Assembly: GCF_000331995.1 (NCBI RefSeq)
Contig: NC_020134.1
Location: 2,430,627-2,454,626, forward strand
Origin: Thermoclostridium stercorarium subsp. stercorarium DSM 8532
GTDB lineage: Bacteria > Bacillota > Clostridia > DSM-8532
Length of the DNA: 24,000 nt
Reading direction: 5' to 3'
The notes under the pieces were generated by a model. It had not been told where the DNA came from, ran no database searches, and saw only the letters and a list, made by a program, of their open reading frames with translations. The translations under genes were made by a program, and so were the position numbers. Shown one piece after another: positions 1 through 8,683 of this stretch. How positions within the stretch are numbered: the stretch's first letter is position 1; the number at the start of each line of letters is the position of its first letter.

Positions 1-916
1 TTTTAAAAATCTTATCATACGGAATAATACTGACATATGTCCAACCGGTATAGTCCGAGACGTTATGCGCCAAAAAAAGTTTCTCGCCGTTTATTTTCTT
101 TATTTCATATCCGGAATCCGATTTAAAAGTCATCATGTCTATTTCATTATCCGATAATTCTTTGGAGGAGAAAATCAAACCTTCTTCTGATATAATTGCA
201 AGTATCGGCTCGTTGTCTTTGGATGAGGATAGATATTCATTTGCTATGTCTCCGATGTCGTACCTTATAATTACCGTTCCCATGTATTCCAAACTAAGTG
301 CATGAATTTTGCGGATAATTCTTGCAATCATAATACAATTTTCATCATCCGGGGGTTTTAATATAACGCTCTTACCCTCAGCCGCAACAGCCTTTTCAAT
401 GACAAGATTTTTAACCTTTTCGTCAATTCCGAAAGGGGAAGCTCCGCGGTTATACTGCCGATTCTGCGTATCTACAAAACTAACGCTCTGTATATTGTTG
501 TCCTGAAATGAATATGTCACCAATTGCTCTAAAAGTTTACTTAAGTGTTCACTCCTATTATAATCGGAAGAAGCATGCATCATCATATTTGCATTTTCCT
601 GTATATTGGAATCAGTGGCAATATTATAGGTTAATGTTTCAATCTCCCTTATCTTTTTTTCTATGCTGGTTGTGGACAGATTCAAGACCTGTGCCGCCTG
701 GGAATACACCAGACCGTTATAAATATTAAATGTAACCTGCATGATGAGAATACCTATGGATAAAGCAATGAAAACCTCTACAAACAGAATGATGAATATT
801 TTTTTTCTAATCTTCAGATTCCGGATTATTGACTTAAAATTTTCATAATACTTTTTGAATCTCAAAAAATAGCCCGCTGTATTACAACAGTCATTTTCCT
901 GCTTTATGTCCGGCAT
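1..916 (-). CDS. Partial membrane-anchored sensor, N-terminal extracellular sensor region of a YesM-type histidine kinase or a membrane-bound AraC-family regulator (C-terminus beyond left edge)
   Basis: Manual translation of the complement from ATG at 916..914 (preceded by a GGGGGG Shine-Dalgarno-like stretch) stays open to base 1: MPDIKQENDCCNTAGYFLRFKKYYENFKSIIRNLKIRKKIFIILFVEVFIALSIGILIMQ...SDYTGWTYVSIIPYDKIFK. TM helix followed by a dCache-like region ending in the typical GWTYVSIIPYDKIF motif. Missing from the ORF track because it is truncated. Confidence 0.7.
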   Translation of the reverse strand, partial: MPDIKQENDCCNTAGYFLRFKKYYENFKSIIRNLKIRKKIFIILFVEVFIALSIGILIMQVTFNIYNGLVYSQAAQVLNLSTTSIEKKIREIETLTYNIATDSNIQENANMMMHASSDYNRSEHLSKLLEQLVTYSFQDNNIQSVSFVDTQNRQYNRGASPFGIDEKVKNLVIEKAVAAEGKSVILKPPDDENCIMIARIIRKIHALSLEYMGTVIIRYDIGDIANEYLSSSKDNEPILAIISEEGLIFSSKELSDNEIDMMTFKSDSGYEIKKINGEKLFLAHNVSDYTGWTYVSIIPYDKIFK

Positions 917-1130
917 TCAGGTGCCCCCCTTATTAAACCCTAACACATTAAAGGGCGGAAGAGACATGGAATAAGACAGCTAATTCTCTTATTCACATAT
1001 AATCATAAAAAGACTGTTTGTTGTTTTTTACCCACCATTATTATAGTCGTTCACTCTAAATCATTCAATATTGCTGATAACTGCAATAAGATTATAAAAA
1101 AACAAAAGGTCTATCTTTTTTCTCAAGTTT

Positions 1131-2774
1131 TCAAACAATTCTTTTCTTAATATTCTTTATCCTGAATCTCACATTTTTACCCTTCGTTAAGAATTTTGCA
1201 GCATGTAAGATCACAGAAGCCAGAATTTTTCTGATCTCATCAATTTTAAGCCAAACAGAGGTTACAATAAAAACCAGAAAGGCAGGAATAATTCTTGCGC
1301 ATAACGACAGTATTTCCAATATTTTCCTTCCCACTGAAAAACTTTCAGCGGTGGGAAAGGGAATTATAAGCTTGCAAATCCATAACGTAATGCCTGATAT
1401 TACCGTAACTACCGCAGTTTTTGCAAGGAATGTGATATTCTCCGGAATAAGCTCAATCCCGGTTTTTCTGGAGAACATAATAATCAGAAGAAAAGCGTTA
1501 ATCATCACCGTAATGACGTAGGCCATGGCAGTTCCTATGGCGCCGTAGTCGGTATAATTCACAAAATATAAATTGGCGCATATATTTACTCCTATTGTCC
1601 CCAAACCTACAAGCAAGGGCACGCGGGTATTCTGTATGGAATAAAATGCGCGGTTAAGGATAACAACAACCGACTGGAACAGCAATGCAGGAGCATATGC
1701 CAGAAGAGCCAGGCCGTTCATTATCACTTCATAGTTCGACATATATCCCCATTTAAACAATATCTGCATTATTTCCCTGTTGAGAACAATTAAAACCATG
1801 GTACTGGGAATGCATAACGCCATTACCGTCCTTAATCCAGTATTTAAAACCCGTTTGTAATTCTCTTTTTCTTCCAGGGCATACTGGGATGACAGCGTGG
1901 GTAGCATTGCTACGCCAAGGCTCTGGGCAAAAATGCCGAGCGGCAGTTGCCATGTCCGGTTTGCATTATTCATCATTGTCACACTGTTCTGCGCAAACCG
2001 GGTGGAAAAACTTCTTGATATGATGGCGTTAACCTGAACAACCGCCGATGCTGCAAGGGACGGAATGGCGAGCTTTATAAGTCTGATGAAAGTTTCATCC
2101 TTCAAATACAGTTTAGGTCTGTAAAGCCTGAAATGTTCCCATATACATAACAGCTGCACTAAAAAATAAATAAATGAACTTATCATTACCCCTACGGTAG
2201 TAAGCTCCACGCTTCTTGCCCCAAAAGCAATAATGCTAAGCATGACGCACAAATTATACAAGACAGGGCCAAAGGAAGCCGCGGCAAATCTGTTGTAGGC
2301 ATTCAGAATCCCGTTGCACTGTCCCGCAAGCATCATAAAAAGGGAGGACGGCAAAAGGATCCTCGTAAGCTTTACAACCAGGTTGAACTTTTCGGTTCCC
2401 GGTTCATATCCTATAGCTACAAGGCTTACAAACGCAGGCGTGAAAACATAAAAAATAATACTTAATAAAAAGAATGAAATGATTGTTATGTTCAGAAAGG
2501 TTCCTACAGCTTTCCATCCGTCTTTTTCGTTGCCCTTTGAAATGCTGGATGACAGTATCGGAATTATTGCAGCCGCAATAGCACCGCCTACCAGAAGCTC
2601 AAAGGTAAGGTCCGGAAGGGAAAACGCTACGAGGAACTCATCCGAATATCCTTTAGGCGACATTATGTTTTTAATCAGTACCGTGCGTAAAAAACCTGTT
2701 ATCCTGCTGAGAAATGTCGCAAACATAACCAGCGCGGCAGTTCTTGACAGGCGTTTTTCTTCACCAGTTCCCAA
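1131..2774 (-). CDS. murJ: MurJ / MviN-family lipid II flippase
   Basis: 547 aa, multi-TM protein; N-terminus ALVMFATFLSRITGFLRTVLIKN and internal QVNAIISRSFS / GALPLGIFAQSLGVAMLPTLS-like region typical of MurJ. Confidence 0.9.
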   Translation of the reverse strand: MGTGEEKRLSRTAALVMFATFLSRITGFLRTVLIKNIMSPKGYSDEFLVAFSLPDLTFELLVGGAIAAAIIPILSSSISKGNEKDGWKAVGTFLNITIISFFLLSIIFYVFTPAFVSLVAIGYEPGTEKFNLVVKLTRILLPSSLFMMLAGQCNGILNAYNRFAAASFGPVLYNLCVMLSIIAFGARSVELTTVGVMISSFIYFLVQLLCIWEHFRLYRPKLYLKDETFIRLIKLAIPSLAASAVVQVNAIISRSFSTRFAQNSVTMMNNANRTWQLPLGIFAQSLGVAMLPTLSSQYALEEKENYKRVLNTGLRTVMALCIPSTMVLIVLNREIMQILFKWGYMSNYEVIMNGLALLAYAPALLFQSVVVILNRAFYSIQNTRVPLLVGLGTIGVNICANLYFVNYTDYGAIGTAMAYVITVMINAFLLIIMFSRKTGIELIPENITFLAKTAVVTVISGITLWICKLIIPFPTAESFSVGRKILEILSLCARIIPAFLVFIVTSVWLKIDEIRKILASVILHAAKFLTKGKNVRFRIKNIKKRIV

Positions 2775-2790
2775 TCCGCAGTCCTCCTTC

Positions 2791-4035
2791 TTATCTCTGC
2801 TCCATGCCGAGTATCAGCCTTCTGAGCATATCCAGTGCATTCAGGCATGAATCATTTCTGATCCGTTCCCTGTTTCCCGACAGCTGAAGCTTTTTGCATA
2901 CAATATTATCATTAACGTATGCCGCAATATAAACAAGGCCCACAGGCTTTTCTTCCGTGCCACCTCCCGGTCCTGCAATTCCGGTTATTGCAACGCCTGC
3001 CGACGCTCCGGTTTTATTTTTCAGCCCGGTAACCATTTCCACCGCAGTCTCTCGGCTTACCGCACCGTATTTATTGAGCGTATCCCATGAAACCCCTAAA
3101 TCCTCAGCCTTTGCCCGGTTTGAATATGTGACGTAACCGCGCTCAAAAACCTCGGACGAACCCGGAATATCGGTAATTTTACCCGCCAGGAGGCCTCCCG
3201 TGCAGGACTCTGCCGTTGCCAAAACCAGCCTGTTCTCTTTTAGAAGGTTAAATACTACCTTTTCCAACGGTTCTCCGTCCTCAGAATAGACAAAGTCCCC
3301 CAGCCTTGATTTAATTTCGCCAACCACAGGGCTCAGCAACGCCGCAGCCTCGTCATGATTCGAACAGCAGGCCGTAACCCTTATTGTAACTTCGCCCTGT
3401 GAAGCATATGGAGCTATCGTCGGGTTACTCTGATTTTCAATTAAATCCATCAGCCGGGTTTCAATATCCGATTCCCCTATGCCGAAAATTTTCAGCATTT
3501 TTGATACAAGCATTATTCCAGTTTTCTGCCTAAGATAATTGAAAACCGTTTCGTCAAACATCGGCTGCATTTCTTTCGGCGGTCCGGGAAGCATTATAAC
3601 CATCTTTCCGCCGTCTTCTATTATGCAGCCGGGAGCCGTCCCGTTCGGGTTGGGAATTACAATGGAATTCTCAGGCAAATACGCCTGTTTAATGTTTATC
3701 TCCGACATTTTCCTGTTTCTTTTTTCAAAATAATTTTTGATTTTTTCAAGAATATCCTCATGAAGGACAAGGTTTCGGTTTAACGCCCTCGAAATTGTCT
3801 CTTTCGTAAGGTCGTCCTTTGTGGGTCCGAGACCTCCTGTGGTAATAACGATATCCGAACGGCTCAGTGCTCTTTTCAGCGTTTCTTCCAGCCTTCCGGC
3901 ATTATCGCCGACAACGGTATGAAAATATACGTTTATTCCCAGTTCCGCAAGCCTTCTTGATATATACTGGGCATTTGTATTCGCAATCTGACCCATTAAA
4001 ATCTCGGTTCCCACCGCAAGTATTTCGGCTGTCAT
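2791..4035 (-). CDS. cinA: CinA-family protein (MoCF-like domain plus C-terminal nicotinamide-nucleotide amidase domain)
   Basis: 414 aa; MTAEILAVGTEILMGQIANTNAQYISRRLAELG, TTGGLGPTKDDLTKE, and C-terminal ESCTGGLLAGKITDIPGSSEVFERGYVTYSN...GIAGPGGGTEEKPVGLVYIA. Confidence 0.95.
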   Translation of the reverse strand: MTAEILAVGTEILMGQIANTNAQYISRRLAELGINVYFHTVVGDNAGRLEETLKRALSRSDIVITTGGLGPTKDDLTKETISRALNRNLVLHEDILEKIKNYFEKRNRKMSEINIKQAYLPENSIVIPNPNGTAPGCIIEDGGKMVIMLPGPPKEMQPMFDETVFNYLRQKTGIMLVSKMLKIFGIGESDIETRLMDLIENQSNPTIAPYASQGEVTIRVTACCSNHDEAAALLSPVVGEIKSRLGDFVYSEDGEPLEKVVFNLLKENRLVLATAESCTGGLLAGKITDIPGSSEVFERGYVTYSNRAKAEDLGVSWDTLNKYGAVSRETAVEMVTGLKNKTGASAGVAITGIAGPGGGTEEKPVGLVYIAAYVNDNIVCKKLQLSGNRERIRNDSCLNALDMLRRLILGMEQR

Positions 4036-4073
4036 AGATAATCACCTTCTATGTGCATTGTTTCATTGCCGTA

Positions 4074-4661
4074 TTAAATCATGCATATTTTCTTTATTTC
4101 ACTCCAGACTTCGGAATAACCCATTTTCCTGGTTGCTGAAACAGGAATGACCGGAACGCCCGGCGCCAAATCCAAAGTCCGGCGTATTTCGTTAATAAGC
4201 CTTTGATGATGTGATCTGGAAACTTTGTCGGCCTTTGTTGCAACAATAATATGGGGTTTTCCCATTGTGATTATCCAACGGTACATGATTTCGTCCAGTT
4301 CAGTCGGCAGATGCCTGATATCCACCAGCATTATAATACCACACAGCTGGCTTCGATTGTTCAGATAAGTTTCAACAATTTTTTCCCACCTTTTCCTTTC
4401 ACTTTCCGAAACCTTTGCATAACCGTAGCCCGGAAGATCAACCAAAATCAGCTTGTTTTCAACATTAAAAAAATTAATCACCCTTGTTTTTCCGGGAGTA
4501 TTCCCCACTTTTGCAAGGGATTTCGATTTTGTAAGAAAGTTGATCAGTGAAGACTTTCCCACGTTTGATCTTCCAACCATGGCTATTTCGGGAAGGTTTC
4601 CGTTCGGATATCCTTCGGGACTCACCGCAGTAGCGATATGTTCAGCATTTTTAACGTTCAT
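4074..4661 (-). CDS. engB: YihA/EngB/YsxC-type ribosome biogenesis GTPase
   Basis: 195 aa; G1 GRSNVGKSSLINFL, G3 DLPGYGYAKVS, G4 TKADK. Confidence 0.95.
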   Translation of the reverse strand: MNVKNAEHIATAVSPEGYPNGNLPEIAMVGRSNVGKSSLINFLTKSKSLAKVGNTPGKTRVINFFNVENKLILVDLPGYGYAKVSESERKRWEKIVETYLNNRSQLCGIIMLVDIRHLPTELDEIMYRWIITMGKPHIIVATKADKVSRSHHQRLINEIRRTLDLAPGVPVIPVSATRKMGYSEVWSEIKKICMI

Positions 4662-4687
4662 ACCCTGATGTCACCCCAAATCCTTTC

Positions 4688-6394
4688 CTATCCTGCATTC
4701 TGCTTTTTTCTCAAATCCATACCCTTTTTTATCATTTCCCTTGCAAGTTTGGCGGTATTTGCACTTTCGTCACCGCTTAAAAGCCTTGCCACTTCTTTTT
4801 CCCTGCCTGCGCCGTCCAGCTTTTCCACCCTCGCAACGGTTCTTTCACCTATCGTTTCCTTGCTTATTCTGTAATGAGCCTTGGCAAGGCTTGCAATCTG
4901 CGCATGGTGCGTTATACATATCACCTGGTGTTTTGCCGAAATTTCAAGCAGCTTTTCACCTACTTTCAGAGCCGCTTTTCCGCTTACACCTGTATCAATT
5001 TCGTCAAATATCAGTACGCCGGTTTCATCAACGTCGGCGAGAATGGTTTTAATGGCAAGCATTATTCGCGCCATTTCGCCGCCCGAAGCAATTTTGCTCA
5101 ATGGTTTTAACCCTTCCCCGGGGTTTGGAGAGATAAGAAATTCTATTGCGTCAAGTCCGTTTTCGGTATAATTCCGTGAATCGTCAAATCTTACTTCTAC
5201 CAAAAACTCGGCTTTTGGCATTTCTAAATCCTTAAGCTGTTCGGTAATTTTGACTTTTAGTTCTTCTGCAGCCTTAACCCTCATATTATGTATATTTTGA
5301 GCTTTTTTATACAAAAGATCATCCAGCTCGTTTTTTTGCCTGCGCAGTTCGGCAAGCCGGCCTTCCACGTCAGATACCTCTTCCAGCTTTTTCTTCGCGT
5401 CTTCCATGTACAGGATAATCTCTTCCACGGTGTTTCCGTATTTTCTTTTCAGATTTTCAATAAGCGCAAGCCTTTCCTCCACTTCCTGCTGCAGCGCAGG
5501 ATCGTAATTTATTTCCTCCCTCTTATTCCTTATTTTTCTCGCTATTTCCTCAAGCCTGTCAGAAATTTCCACAAGGGTTTCGGATATTGTTCCGAAATCG
5601 GGATCAAGATCGGCAATATTGTTCAGTGCCGCCTGAGCTTTCTGAACCTGCTCAATGGCGCCGGGCACCAGCTCGTCTTCACCGGCAAGACACGTGTAAG
5701 CACTGTTAAAAGCTTCAATTATTTCCTCAGCATTTGCAAGTAGCTTGCTCTGCTGCAAAAGCTCAATATCTTCCCCTTTTTTCAAATTCGCAGCCTCTAT
5801 CTCGTTAACCTGATACCTGTAAAGGTCCTCCAGGCGTGCCCGTTCCTTTTCCTTTTCCGTAAGCTCGCTAATTTTTTTCTCAATTTCCCGGTATTTTTCA
5901 AGAAGCTCCCGGTATTCCTCCCTTTCCTTAAGAAGCCCGCCGCCTGAAAACTTGTCCAGGTAATCAATCTGCGCCTGATTCCTTAAAAGCGACTGGTTGT
6001 CATTCTGCCCGTGAATGTCTATTAAATACTCCCCTATCTCCTTAAGCTGTGCCACCGTTACCAGACTGCCGTTAACCCTGCAGATGTTTTTGCCTGAAGT
6101 AGTAAACTGGCGGGAAACAATCAGCATACCGTCTTCCCCGCCGTCTATTCCCATATTGTTTAACACCCCACAAAGCCTTTCGGGGACCTGGAAAACCGCT
6201 TCGACCTTCGCTTTTTCTTCACCGGTGCGAATAATGTCCCTCGATACCCTACCTCCCAAAAGGATGTTAACTGCATCTATCAGTATCGATTTTCCCGCCC
6301 CCGTTTCGCCGGTCAGTATATTAAGCCCGTCCTCCAGCTCCATCGTAAGCTTTTCTATAATTGCTACATTTTCAACCGAAAGCTGGACAAGCAT
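4688..6394 (-). CDS. recN: DNA repair protein RecN (SMC-like ATPase)
   Basis: 568 aa; LVQLSVENVAIIEKLTMELEDGLNILTGETGAGKSILIDAVNILLGGR and C-terminal LSKIASGGEMARIMLAIK...VLIFDEIDTGVSG...QVICITHHAQIAS. Confidence 0.97.
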   Translation of the reverse strand: MLVQLSVENVAIIEKLTMELEDGLNILTGETGAGKSILIDAVNILLGGRVSRDIIRTGEEKAKVEAVFQVPERLCGVLNNMGIDGGEDGMLIVSRQFTTSGKNICRVNGSLVTVAQLKEIGEYLIDIHGQNDNQSLLRNQAQIDYLDKFSGGGLLKEREEYRELLEKYREIEKKISELTEKEKERARLEDLYRYQVNEIEAANLKKGEDIELLQQSKLLANAEEIIEAFNSAYTCLAGEDELVPGAIEQVQKAQAALNNIADLDPDFGTISETLVEISDRLEEIARKIRNKREEINYDPALQQEVEERLALIENLKRKYGNTVEEIILYMEDAKKKLEEVSDVEGRLAELRRQKNELDDLLYKKAQNIHNMRVKAAEELKVKITEQLKDLEMPKAEFLVEVRFDDSRNYTENGLDAIEFLISPNPGEGLKPLSKIASGGEMARIMLAIKTILADVDETGVLIFDEIDTGVSGKAALKVGEKLLEISAKHQVICITHHAQIASLAKAHYRISKETIGERTVARVEKLDGAGREKEVARLLSGDESANTAKLAREMIKKGMDLRKKQNAG

Positions 6395-6397
6395 CAG

Positions 6398-6856
6398 TTA
6401 ATCCCCCTTTTTTAAAAGAGAGGTAAACCTTTCCTGCATCTCCTCGGCTATTCTTTCAGCACGGGTCACTACCATAATCGTATCATCTCCGGCAATTGTA
6501 CCGACAATCTCGGGCCAGCCCAGAGAATCAATTGCGGAAGCCACCGCCTGGGCCATTCCGGGTAAGGTCTTAACAACAAGGATATTATTGGCATAATCGC
6601 TGGAAACATACCCTTCCCGAAGTATTGTCAAAAGCCTGTCGCTGATTACGCTTGAGTCATTGCTCATTGCCTTGTACCTGGCCTTCCCGTCGGGACTTGT
6701 AACCTTTACGAGCCGCAATTCCTTGATATCCCTCGATACCGTTGCCTGGGTAACGTCCATACCGTATTCCTTCAGTTTTGCCACAAGTTCATCCTGGGTT
6801 TCAATATCATAATTTTCAATTATTTCAAGAATCTTAGCGTGCCTGTTGTATTTCAT
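6398..6856 (-). CDS. argR: Arginine repressor ArgR
   Basis: 152 aa; winged-helix region MDVTQATVSRDIKELRLVK and C-terminal oligomerisation/arginine-binding region GTIAGDDTIMVVTR. Confidence 0.95.
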   Translation of the reverse strand: MKYNRHAKILEIIENYDIETQDELVAKLKEYGMDVTQATVSRDIKELRLVKVTSPDGKARYKAMSNDSSVISDRLLTILREGYVSSDYANNILVVKTLPGMAQAVASAIDSLGWPEIVGTIAGDDTIMVVTRAERIAEEMQERFTSLLKKGD

Positions 6857-6933
6857 AGGCTTCTCCTTTCATCTTTACTGAAATAACCTGGATTTTACAA
6901 ATTGGCAAATTTTATATCCATAAACTGTTTCAT

Positions 6934-7809
6934 TCAGTGGATTGGCTTTAAAACCGGATCATGAATCTTGGCTCGTAAAACATCAAAGAAATTAATATCC
7001 TTAAAAGAAACAAATTTAATATCTTTCGGGGCCCTGGTAACGACAATTTCATCCCCCGCCGCCACTCTGAATCCCTCCTGCCCGTCCATTGTTAAAATTG
7101 CGCTGTCGGCGTAATCGTCGTTAATTATAATTCGCAGCTTTCTGTCGGGGCTTGTGATAAAAGAGCGCGAATACAGTATGTGCGGGCATATGGGGGTTGT
7201 AATCATCATTTCCATGTCAGGCTGGACAATGGGGCCGCCGGCCGACAAATTATAAGCCGTTGAACCGGTCGGCGTCGACACAATAACACCATCCCCCGGA
7301 AAAGAATCCACAAACTGATCGTCTACAAACACATGAAGCCTTATAATTCTCGACAGCCCGTCCCTGTTTACCACCGCATCATTAATGGCAATACCCTCAA
7401 AAACGGCTGAATTATCCCGAAAGACCGTTGCCGAAAGCACCATACGGTTTTTAATTTCAAAGTCTTCATCGGCCAGCCGCTTAACCGCCTTTTCTATTTC
7501 GTTAATCTCCACGTCTGCGAGAAATCCAACAGTACCAAGATTAATTCCGAACAGCGGAATATCATGGCTATATGAAGTCCTCGCCATATTAAGAAGCGTT
7601 CCGTCCCCACCAATGGAAATTAAAAAAGAGGACATCCCCAGCATTTCTGACTCCGTATACCCCTCACGCAGTCCCAAATCGTCCGAGATTGATCTGGGCA
7701 AAAGGGGAGTCATTCCGTATTTCAGGATTAAATTAACAATTTTACCTGTAATTTTAAGCTCTTTGTCCTTTTTTCTGTTTACAAACAAACCGATGTTCTT
7801 CCGTCCCAT
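6934..7809 (-). CDS. nadK: NAD kinase
   Basis: 291 aa; GGDGTLL motif, GINLGTVGFLADV, GDGVIVSTPTGSTAYNLSAGGPIV. Confidence 0.95.
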   Translation of the reverse strand: MGRKNIGLFVNRKKDKELKITGKIVNLILKYGMTPLLPRSISDDLGLREGYTESEMLGMSSFLISIGGDGTLLNMARTSYSHDIPLFGINLGTVGFLADVEINEIEKAVKRLADEDFEIKNRMVLSATVFRDNSAVFEGIAINDAVVNRDGLSRIIRLHVFVDDQFVDSFPGDGVIVSTPTGSTAYNLSAGGPIVQPDMEMMITTPICPHILYSRSFITSPDRKLRIIINDDYADSAILTMDGQEGFRVAAGDEIVVTRAPKDIKFVSFKDINFFDVLRAKIHDPVLKPIH

Positions 7810-7838
7810 TGGCAGTTTCTCCTCTATTGACTAATTCT

Positions 7839-7868
7839 ATTATACAGTTAACCCGAATAAAAATACAA
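7839..7868 (-). promoter_or_regulatory. Candidate sigma-A promoter internal to the operon, upstream of nadK
   Basis: Minus strand: TTGTAT (7868..7863), 18-bp spacer, TATAAT (7844..7839), 30 bp upstream of the nadK ATG. Confidence 0.5.
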
Positions 7869-7885
7869 CAGAATAAAACGAGGGT

Positions 7886-8683
7886 TCATTTAAGTTCGGC
7901 ATGGGCTGCCTTAACAACCTCATCAACAGGCTTAAAATCATGCTCTTCCAAACTCCTGGCGATATACAGAAGATATTCTATATTGCCTTCAGGTCCCTTT
8001 ATTGGCGAATATGAAAGACCTTTTACTGTGAAACCAAGCTCTTTTGAAAAGTCAATTATTTTCCCAATAACTTCCATGTGAACGGCAGGATCTTTTACAA
8101 CCCCTTTTTTCCCAACCTTTTCCCTGCCCGCTTCAAACTGTGGCTTAATAAGGCAGACCATGCTTCCGCCGTGTTTCAGCAACTGCTTTGCGGGAGGTAT
8201 GATTTTGGTAAGTGAAATAAACGACACGTCAGCAGTGGCAAAATCCACGAACTCACCAATATCTTCAGGTTTGACATATCTGAAATTTGTCCGCTCCATC
8301 ACCACCACCCTGCTGTCGTTTCTCAGCTTCCACGCAAGCTGGCCGTACCCCACGTCAACGGCATAAACCTTGACCGCACCGTTTTTTAACATGCAGTCGG
8401 TAAAGCCTCCGGTCGAAGCTCCTATGTCAATACATACCTTTCCGGTCAGATCAATGCCGAATTCACTGAGCGCCTTTTCAAGCTTTAACCCGCCCCTGCT
8501 GACATAAGGAATAGGGTTTCCCCTTATTTCCAGTTCGGCTTCGGTATCAACCTGAAAACCGGGCTTATCCTCAACCACTCCGTTTACAAGCACAAGACCT
8601 TCCATAATTGCCCTGCGCGCTTTTTCGCGGCTGTCAAAATATCCTTTGTTAACAAGATGTATGTCAAGCCTCTCCTTTGCCAT
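7886..8683 (-). CDS. tlyA: TlyA/RrmJ-type S4-domain RNA 2'-O-methyltransferase (hemolysin A family)
   Basis: 265 aa; S4-like N-terminus RLDIHLVNKGYFDSREKARRAIMEGLVLVNG; KVCIDIGASTGGFTDCMLKNGA; FATADVSFISL. Confidence 0.93.
   Translation of the reverse strand: MAKERLDIHLVNKGYFDSREKARRAIMEGLVLVNGVVEDKPGFQVDTEAELEIRGNPIPYVSRGGLKLEKALSEFGIDLTGKVCIDIGASTGGFTDCMLKNGAVKVYAVDVGYGQLAWKLRNDSRVVVMERTNFRYVKPEDIGEFVDFATADVSFISLTKIIPPAKQLLKHGGSMVCLIKPQFEAGREKVGKKGVVKDPAVHMEVIGKIIDFSKELGFTVKGLSYSPIKGPEGNIEYLLYIARSLEEHDFKPVDEVVKAAHAELK

Noticed and set aside
309-729. Two small plus-strand ORFs near the left edge
   Set aside because: Opposite the continuously open truncated sensor gene on the minus strand, which explains this region better.
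5288-5743. 151-aa plus-strand ORF opposite recN, with neighbours 4741..5171
   Set aside because: Antisense to RecN, which is intact and highly recognisable; no supporting motif.
7385-7834. 149-aa plus-strand ORF opposite nadK
   Set aside because: Serine/proline-rich translation typical of an antisense frame; overlaps the nadK start and the candidate promoter region.
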